NCBI GenBank assembly: GCA_004431415.1
Contig: QPMI01000416.1
Location: 248,001-312,000, forward strand
Length of the DNA stretch: 64,000 bases
Source: Cyanophora paradoxa CCMP329
Taxonomy: Eukaryota; Plantae; Glaucophyta
Reading direction: 5' to 3'
Positions 56,447 through 64,000 of this stretch are shown here, in pieces. The notes under the pieces were generated by a model. The model was given only the letters and a program-made list of their open reading frames with translations. It searched no databases and was not told where the DNA came from. Within the stretch, counting starts at the first letter, position 1. Each line of letters starts with the position of its first letter. A program made the translations under genes and the position numbers.

Positions 56447-59400
56447 ATGCCCCGCCAAACTAATAGACTTATTAAAGAAAAGAAAAATGAGATTATCGGA
56501 CTGTTAGGAACCCTTTTAACTACCGGTGAAATCACAGAAGCCGAATATGATAGAGAAGCCGCCATTTTAGATCGGAAGCCGCGACTACAACAACTTACCG
56601 ATATCGCCAATGACCTTTATGATCGCATGCAAAGAATGGAAGACTTTATGGACGAAGGACAACGCTTAGGAGCAATTGAACCCGAAGTAGAAGATGGAGA
56701 GGCAATGAATCAAGCTTACTCATGGCATTCTTACCGCGCAAGAAATCAAATAGTTGTGGATACTATCGATTATTTGGAACGCATCGCTACTAACCTTCCA
56801 CAGCGAATTAGAACGAAGTTAGAACAATTAAGAGCCGTTAAAGTCCGCCTTACATTCGTTTGTCGGTTTGTAAAAGTAAGTAATGAACGCATTTTTATTA
56901 CTAAATATATTTACAGTGACTACTTTGTTATCACACGATCCCGTAATATAAATACGGAATTGCGTAAAGCTCTACAAGAAATGCAAGAGCAAATGAAACA
57001 AGTAGATAGTTACCGTTTGGATCGCTTAGAGATCCTTAGGGTTGTTATCATGTCTTACGCACCGGTGGGTGGTTGCTATTTTGCTACTCCCGAATGGATC
57101 GCAAGAAAGAAAGCAACCGTTAACGTTAAGAATATCGACGGACAAGATTGTTTTAAATATGCTATTTTGGCTCGTCTACACCGAAAGGACATTAACCGCC
57201 ATAAAAGCTATGATCCCATTCAATATCGCCGATGGCTTAATGAACTGAACTTTAATAATATCGAATTTCCGGTAGCATGTGATGCTGATGTTATCGATCG
57301 ATTCGAAGAACAGAACCCTGACTTATCGGTTAATATCTACGGTGCTGATAACGAAAAGGAGTCGTTTTATCCGTTACATATGTCGAGCAATCCACGTAGA
57401 AAGAATAAGATTAACCTTTTACTCATTGAAAATACGGAGGAGAATAGAGGACATTATGTAGCTATTGTGTCTCTAAGTCGCCTCCTTAAAACCACGTTCG
57501 ATAAAGCATGTGATGGACGCATTTATTACTGTGAAACCTGTCTATCACGTTTCCGATCTCAGGCGAAATTAGACCTACACATAGAAGCTAATCGGTGCAT
57601 CGATTGGAGGGAAAGTAAAGGAAAATGTCCGAAACCTGATACTTACATGGAATTTGGATTAAAACACCTAAGAAAGACTGTATGGCTTCATGTGATCTGT
57701 TACGTTAAAATCGAAGATCATTCGGTATCTGTGAGTGCAAACAAAACCAAACGTGAAATTAAAGCTGTGTCATTGAGAGTGGTAATAGGAGAAGAAGTGG
57801 TAGCTTTTCATTTTGAGGGAGCCGATCCTTTGGGTTCGCTGTTCGCAAAACTCATAGAAATAAGACCTCATGTAGTGCAAACCCTATTTAGAAATATTCC
57901 CATGCATCCCCTTACGGAAGATCAGAAGGCGGAATATAGAACCACAAAACATTGTTATATTTGCTTGCAACGATTCACAGCTGAAAACGTTTCGGTTCGC
58001 GATCACTGTCACCAAACGGGCGATTATATCGGGAAAGCATGCCGAAACTGTAACCTCCATAGGCGAATTTCTAAACAAACAAAAGTAGCTATCGTGGTGG
58101 ATCAAATGGACGAATGCGGACATGGATATTCCGAAAGATTGCCCAACAAGACGACACACAACGTGTGGAAATTCTAAGTAAAAATTTCGATCAGTATCTA
58201 TCGCTACAATGGGGCATGTGGAAATTCATCGATGCATCGCATTTTATGGATTTCCAAAGTGCAAATGTCGATGATCTTATGTTTAAATTCGAAGAATTCC
58301 GTAAATTGGCGTTCTCTCAATATGGATTAGATCCATGTCATTACGTTAGCGCTCCCGGTCTATCATGGGACGCTATGTTAAAACATACAAAGGCAAAGAT
58401 TGCACTTATCGATGATGTAGACAAATACGAATTTATTGAAAGAGCTATTCGGGGTGGATTTGCTACTATGCCACACGATATGCAAAGGTAGAGAATCCCG
58501 ACGATCATATAGTTTTATTGGACGCAAATAATTTATATGGTTTTGCACTCAGCCAACCTTTACCTATTGGTGACTATCGATGGGAAGAAACCACAGAGGC
58601 ACTTAAAGAAGTAGAAGGACGAAACGCATTTATTGAGGTCGATTTAGAATATCCTATTTCCCTCGAAGATCATTATGATTTTCCACTTATTGTGAATAAA
58701 GAAGTTATCACGACAGATATGTTAGGTGAATACCAACAAAACCTATTATATATGACAGGTGAAAAGTTAACCAAAGATCCACGACTTACAGCAACATTTA
58801 CACCAAAGACTAACTATGTCATATCACAACCTCTACTTATCTATCTCGTTAAAAAGGGTGTAGTCATAAAAGCGATTCATAAGGTGATCTCATTCGCTAC
58901 GTCCCCTTTCATGAAATCTTACATAGCTCTAAATACAAGACTAAGACACGAGTCAGGGAATAGATTCGAAAGCGACTTTTTTAAACTCATGAATAATGCG
59001 ATATATGGAAAATGCTTAGAATCTTGTAGGGGTCGCTCTTCTGTAAAGATCGCCAATAGTGAGAAACTATGTAAGAAATATGCCGCAAGTCCACTTATCA
59101 AAGCAACCAATGTATTAAACGAAAACGCCGTAGCGTTTGAAATGTATTCGAAACATGTAAACTTAGATAAACCCGTAGCTATTGGTGCTTTCGTTTTGGA
59201 TTTCGCGAAGTTACATAATTATCAATTCTTTTATGATGTGGTAAAAAAGAAATGGGAAACGGCTAAGCTACTATTCCACGATACCGATTCGTTCTGTCTA
59301 TTTCTGAAAACCGATAATCTAAATGCGGACATGAAAGCCATCGGTGAACACCTCGATAGGAGTAATTATAATCGCGATCATCCATTATATAGTTTGTCGA

Positions 59401-59726
59401 ATCGATTGACTCCGGGGAAGTATAAAAACGAATTCCCAAATGCAAAGATCTTAGAATATGTGGGTTTGAGATCGAAACTTTACGCTTTCAGAACTGAAAC
59501 CTATGAAAAAATAAAAATGTCCGGGACAGCATCGAAAGAAGTCCATTTTGACGATTTTAAGAAATGTCTATTCGAAGGCATCACCAAAACAGTAACAGTA
59601 AGAAACAAGCGACGACAAGACCACAGCCTATATGATTTGGAGAGCAGAAGGGTGGCGCTAAACCAAATCGATAGCAAAAGGAAGATATCAAACGACGGCA
59701 TTCACAGTGTCCCATTTGGTGTCTGA
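56447..59726 (+). CDS. Protein-primed family B DNA polymerase (Polinton type), two apparent 1-bp frameshifts
   Basis: DCFKYA...GHY (OTU-like); CYIC...VRDHCHQTG...ACRNCN insert; GLDPCHYVSAPGLSWDAML; IRGG; LDANNLYG; FKLMNNAIYGK; HDTDS; GLRSKLY. One added base near 58123 and one near 58469 join the three ORFs. Confidence 0.93.
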
Positions 59727-60056
59727 TACACTGTATCTATACTTCTCTTTTTATTTTTTCGGTCTCCTAAAAGTAATATACCTCGGAGGATGTGTAATAA
59801 CCATATACATTTTTGAAATTGATCTTTTGGGTCAATTTCATAGAAATTAGGTATGGGGTTCTCTTTCCATACTGAGTCGTCCATTATAAATATATCAGAG
59901 ATTAAGTAGGATGCGCACCATCTTAGCGAAAGTATTCCCATATGAGCTTGTCGATATCATAATGATCCATTACCATAAGACGTGTCCTAATTGCTTTGAT
60001 ACTCGTATAATCACCAAAGGTAAATGTGGAAAAATTCTTATTTGTTTGTCTAAACT

Positions 60057-60329
60057 TTAATCAAAATACAACATAATCGGTTTCTCCTCTATGACTATTC
60101 CCCATGTTGTCCTTTTTCTGTATGCGTGAGAGTGTTTTTTAGAACACTGTCGGCAACCTGACCCCTTAATGTGGTTAAATCCGTAGGTTTGGAACGTTTT
60201 ATTACATTGTAGGCATCTAACAGATACCTTTTCTTGCGCTTTCTTATAAACAGTGTCGGTATAATCAAATTTATCCTTACCATGGACTGACATAGCGGTA
60301 TCTATAAACTTTCTTGTTTTTTCATCCAT
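60057..60329 (-). CDS. Small Zn-ribbon protein (DUF723-like)
   Basis: FI..A..VHG.KFDY....Y.....KV...C..C...F.....H..G.GC..C pattern of homing-endonuclease-associated repeats. Confidence 0.72.
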   Translation of the reverse strand: MDEKTRKFIDTAMSVHGKDKFDYTDTVYKKAQEKVSVRCLQCNKTFQTYGFNHIKGSGCRQCSKKHSHAYRKRTTWGIVIEEKPIMLYFD

Positions 60330-60350
60330 TCCTCTATATATACCTTAGAT

Positions 60351-61196
60351 TTATGGTTGTGGATCTCTACCGCCGACGGGATTGTATAGATTGGTGTTTA
60401 GATATTGACCGAATCGGTTAGCCGTCGCGATTGCGTCGTTTCTTTCGGCATACATAATAACTCTATAATTTCCGAGTTGTGTAGCTCTTATTATAAATTG
60501 GTTATCTTGTGTATCTAAAAGAGGTATTGAGTGGAACGCCTGACCGAAATTATCTATGGGGATAATGTGTATCGTTAGGCGTGGTCTTGCTCCGTCGGTT
60601 CTTCTACATAGTGCGTAAATGTCCTCTGGTATCGTGTCTCTATATCTATAATGATTTCCCAACGGTTCTAAAACATCGGCTACCGCTGTTTGTAAACTAA
60701 TAACGATTGTATAAATCTTAATAATATACGGCTCATTCATACCTGGGCAATATGTCCTAATTCGTGTGTTCTCATCGTCGGGGTTTGGTTGGTCATTTAC
60801 GATTAGAGGCGCTCCAATGATACCACCGACTCGGAGACCATCACCAATGTAAGCGCCTCCCGATCTACATTTAATTGCTCCGTTTCTCGATTCATAAGCA
60901 AAGTTTGTAACCTTGTTATCATCATTATAACTGTCGGGATCTCCATAAAAAGCGTTAAAATTTGCATTTGTTACAAGGAGTTTAGTAGTTTTCACAATGC
61001 CGTTATTTTTGTCACATCTTAACTCTTTCAGTCGCAATTTATGCGTATCACCAAAAGTATTAAGAGTAGGTGCAAGTTCGGTAGATTCGAGACCATCTAC
61101 ATTATCGATAACAGCATGTTGTAATACGTGATTAGCCGGCGCGGCTAATGAAAGTTGCGCTGTTAAGATACGCTCAGGTGGAGCGGGTGCCGCCAT
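60351..61196 (-). CDS. Fibre/spike-like protein, paralogue 1
   Basis: Shares N-terminal QH.V....STE.A....F....R.KELR.DK..G.VK.T...V.N...GGA.IG.G domain with 61216-62058 and 62444-63457. Confidence 0.65.
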   Translation of the reverse strand: MAAPAPPERILTAQLSLAAPANHVLQHAVIDNVDGLESTELAPTLNTFGDTHKLRLKELRCDKNNGIVKTTKLLVTNANFNAFYGDPDSYNDDNKVTNFAYESRNGAIKCRSGGAYIGDGLRVGGIIGAPLIVNDQPNPDDENTRIRTYCPGMNEPYIIKIYTIVISLQTAVADVLEPLGNHYRYRDTIPEDIYALCRRTDGARPRLTIHIIPIDNFGQAFHSIPLLDTQDNQFIIRATQLGNYRVIMYAERNDAIATANRFGQYLNTNLYNPVGGRDPQP

Positions 61197-61215
61197 TTAA
61201 TATATTAAAACATAA

Positions 61216-62058
61216 TTATGGTGTGGGATCACCTGGGAACGGATCATCGTAGAAGTTATTTAGGTTGTTATCGGGATTGAGACCACGTGTAGCCGCCACA
61301 GCGGCTGGATCTGTTCGCATTCCGAAAATGAGAATATCGTAACCTCCTACTTCTGTCGTCCAAACATTGAATGTTGCGGGGTTCTGGTTGTCAAATTCCA
61401 CCCAACCTCTACCGCGTCCGATTCCCTGAACAAAGAAAGTATAAGCCGGACCAATAATACCATTTTGTGAACGACATATAGACTCAATAGATTTAGGAAT
61501 AGCGATATTTGGTAGTAACCAATTTCCCAAAATTCCATCGGGTTGTGTTGCATTTACGTTATCTACCGCAACTCTAACCATTCCAAACACGTAAGGATAG
61601 TCTCCACATGGAGTATACATACGGATACGTTGCGGATTCTCCGCATGCTCAGGTAGAGTATCGGGAATATCGGTAACGGCAACGGAGGATGCAAGCATAC
61701 CCGACACACGACAACCGCCACCAATAACAGCGCCACCTGATCGGACAACAGCGGCGGCACGTTCTCCGTCAAAATCTAACGTTCTAATATCCACACCCCA
61801 TGCGTCAGGTTGCCCAATACCCGCGTTAAAATTCGCATTTGTTACAAGAAGCTGAGTAGTTTTAACCACTCCTGAATTCTTATCGGCTCGTAGTTCTTTC
61901 ACACGTATCATACTGTTTTTATCGAATGCATTCGCGGAATTAGCCCGTTCCGTAGATTCCACACCGCGGATTTCATCGGCTACCTCGTGTTGTCGAAAGT
62001 GGACGGCGGGCGATCCCAAAGCGTAAACAGGTAATTGCACACGATTATATTCGCCCAT
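61216..62058 (-). CDS. Fibre/spike-like protein, paralogue 2
   Basis: Full-length paralogue of 60351-61196 (e.g. LLVTNANFNA shared). Confidence 0.65.
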   Translation of the reverse strand: MGEYNRVQLPVYALGSPAVHFRQHEVADEIRGVESTERANSANAFDKNSMIRVKELRADKNSGVVKTTQLLVTNANFNAGIGQPDAWGVDIRTLDFDGERAAAVVRSGGAVIGGGCRVSGMLASSVAVTDIPDTLPEHAENPQRIRMYTPCGDYPYVFGMVRVAVDNVNATQPDGILGNWLLPNIAIPKSIESICRSQNGIIGPAYTFFVQGIGRGRGWVEFDNQNPATFNVWTTEVGGYDILIFGMRTDPAAVAATRGLNPDNNLNNFYDDPFPGDPTP

Positions 62059-62170
62059 TGCTTCTTTTACTAAGAAGGAAAGAAAAATAAACGACTTTCA
62101 AGAAGGACATGCAAGATACATGCCTTTCTTATGCATGATCTATGAAAAATAACAATAAACCCATCTCTCT

Positions 62171-62434
62171 TTACATAGGAGCACTCACAGTAATTTCGCT
62201 TGCCTTTCGAACAGTCCCCCGATTAAACGCTTGCTCTACAATCGCTTCCTTTGTGAGTGGAATCGGAATTCCAGCAGCAATACACGATTTAACTTCTTTG
62301 TCCACAATCTCATCAATCGCGATTCTCGCCCTATTATGAGCAGCATTATCGATCCAATCCTGAACAGAGTAGGCACAGTATTCCATTCCCAGTTTTTCAG
62401 TATCAGTTAGAACTACTTGATAGATGTTCGACAT
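62171..62434 (-). CDS. Small protein resembling phage fibre-associated proteins
   Basis: LTDTEKLGMEY.A..VQDWIDNAAHNRARIAIDEIV; from memory similar to small genes downstream of C1q-tipped phage fibres. Confidence 0.65.
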   Translation of the reverse strand: MSNIYQVVLTDTEKLGMEYCAYSVQDWIDNAAHNRARIAIDEIVDKEVKSCIAAGIPIPLTKEAIVEQAFNRGTVRKASEITVSAPM

Positions 62435-62443
62435 TCTTTTACT

Positions 62444-63457
62444 TTATGTTGCAGAAATTAATTCACCAGAAAAAATCGTGTAACTCCCGCCATACTCGCC
62501 ATATAAACTACCTGTTCTAATATATATTCTAACGGAGTCTCCGGCTACAAGATTTAAATTTACATTGAATAATGCGGGAACATATGCAACACCGACAGCT
62601 GTGGAAGCTAGTATTTCAATACTCGATGGATCAGCATTATTAACATGTATTGCAACTTTGGTTTGAACTGTGACGTTTCCAGTAAATGCAGCGAGCATGA
62701 ATTTATAATCACCATTAACAGGAGCTGTAAATTTACCTGTCGAAGAATCGAAACAGTTGCCGTGATTTAATATTGTTCGACCATAAGTGGTTATATATGC
62801 AGCAGAATTAACTGGTGCAACTAATGCAACAGAAAATCGTGGATGATTAGGAAGTGCAAGATAAGAGTTCGCCCCATTAATTGTAAGACCTTTCCAGTTG
62901 TAAGTTCCAGCGACTGCATTCGGTGTTGAATTGGTGGAAGTTTTCACAAATGTAGAAGCGATATTCTCATTATTTCGCTTAATTACTAATTCTGTGTTCG
63001 CCCCAGAATCAATAGTCGTCGTTTTAACTGTCCCAAATGATCCAGCTGTAAGGCTTCCATTGATTGTCGCATTTCCAGTAATTGTCGCATTCCCATTCAC
63101 CCCCAAGCCAGTCCCAATCCATGCCCCACCACTGTAAACTTGAAAAGCCGCGGAATTCCTATCAGCCGGATCGAAAGCTGTTTTATAATCCGCTTGACCT
63201 TCATATAGATTTTCTTTGGTGACCAGCCCCGAAGATATTGCGGGTCGATTCGATACGATCATTTGAGTAGCTTTAACGATTCCACCAGCCTTGTCGGCTC
63301 TGAGTTCTTTGACTCTGAGTATGGAGGTCTCATTGAAAGAATCGGTTTTCGCTGTCTCAGTCGAAGGGAATGACTCGTTTAGATCATATACAGTGTGTTG
63401 CACGTTATGGACAGCACTGGCTGATAAGGAAAACACAGGCGTGAACACAGTCGACAT
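62444..63457 (-). CDS. Fibre protein with C-terminal C1q-like domain, paralogue 3
   Basis: Shared N-terminal domain, GNATIT repeats, then PRFSV...NHGNCFDSSTGKFTAPVNGDYKF...LVAGDSV...FSGELI (C1q pattern). Confidence 0.8.
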   Translation of the reverse strand: MSTVFTPVFSLSASAVHNVQHTVYDLNESFPSTETAKTDSFNETSILRVKELRADKAGGIVKATQMIVSNRPAISSGLVTKENLYEGQADYKTAFDPADRNSAAFQVYSGGAWIGTGLGVNGNATITGNATINGSLTAGSFGTVKTTTIDSGANTELVIKRNNENIASTFVKTSTNSTPNAVAGTYNWKGLTINGANSYLALPNHPRFSVALVAPVNSAAYITTYGRTILNHGNCFDSSTGKFTAPVNGDYKFMLAAFTGNVTVQTKVAIHVNNADPSSIEILASTAVGVAYVPALFNVNLNLVAGDSVRIYIRTGSLYGEYGGSYTIFSGELISAT

Positions 63458-63477
63458 CTTTTGATTGTTCTTTATTA

Positions 63478-64000
63478 TTACGTGAGAATATTATTGTTTT
63501 GGAGAGGTCCGACAGCAATCCAATGGAGTTTAAGCGTTCTTTCGTTTTGTGGCACATTCGTATAATTGATCGCCGAATAACAAGTAAATATAGCAATCCA
63601 GGTGAATTTATTTTTGAAACCAACACGGTTCCCACTCACAAATTCAGCGGAGATATATATGCTATTGGTGAAATCGACACTCGTTAAAATAATACTGTTT
63701 TCGAGAGTAGCATTAACTATTGGATCACTATAATATGGGGTAGAAAACGTAACGGTTCCTGATGCTGTAAACACTTGCCCTACTGTATAAACTTGATTAG
63801 GTATAACTACATCCGCTGTCCCCTGTTGCACATATGCATTTGGATTTACATAGCTACCGAAATTCGTGAGCAACTCGATGCTGTGATTGTGAGTAGGTGG
63901 CGAAGTAGGTGTGTTAATCAGGTCATCATAATTTCCACTTGTAGCCACAGCATGTAGGTTTGGTGTGTTTATCAGATCATCATAATTTCCACTTGTAGCC
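63478..64000 (-). CDS. Fibre protein C-terminus (5' end outside window)
   Basis: Frame stays open to the window edge; two 57-bp repeats encoding ATSGNYDDLINTP, then a TVTF.TPY...P.V.AT...HWIAVG tip domain. Confidence 0.75.
   Translation of the reverse strand, partial: ATSGNYDDLINTPNLHAVATSGNYDDLINTPTSPPTHNHSIELLTNFGSYVNPNAYVQQGTADVVIPNQVYTVGQVFTASGTVTFSTPYYSDPIVNATLENSIILTSVDFTNSIYISAEFVSGNRVGFKNKFTWIAIFTCYSAINYTNVPQNERTLKLHWIAVGPLQNNNILT

Larger units (their letters stand above)
45644..64000. mobile_element. Polinton-like virus element 3 (left part; right end outside window)
   Basis: Abrupt switch to AT-rich intronless DNA at ~45644; mCPs, MCP, ATPase, D5 helicase, pPolB and fibre genes. 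No integrase visible in the window. Left boundary inferred. Confidence 0.88.

Overview
Eukaryotic (protist-like, GC-rich, short-intron) genomic DNA carrying three different endogenous Polinton-like virus (PLV) elements and one non-LTR retrotransposon. Element 1 (<1-~6621) is the right part of a PLV: protein-primed PolB N-terminus (missed by the ORF track), A32-type packaging ATPase, major and minor capsid proteins, AT-hook protein and HNH-AP2. Element 2 (8613-20088) is complete at 11,476 bp, with 404-bp TIRs, AG...CT termini and a 6-bp TSD (TCTTGT) confirmed by an empty copy of the site in this window. It encodes an ATPase, MCP, mCP, an unusual OTU-like/PolB/SF1-helicase/HNH-like fusion and an rve integrase. 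A ~8.5 kb APE-RT-RNase H LINE (23418-31903, minus strand, 18-bp TSD) lies in the same host gene hit by elements 1 and 2, a large Kelch-like/Ser-Pro-stalk/transmembrane surface protein. Element 3 (~45644->64000) has two minor capsid genes, MCP, ATPase, a primase-less D5 helicase, an exonuclease-degenerate pPolB and a cluster of phage-like fibre genes. It also carries three ~92-bp iteron hairpins, within inverted repeats that bracket its capsid plus helicase block, and AAAATTGA-type motifs upstream of non-structural genes. All three MCPs look like one family but are paired with three different replication modules. Most frameshifts are single missing bases in short runs and are probably assembly errors. 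All family assignments come from motif recognition by eye; no searches were run.
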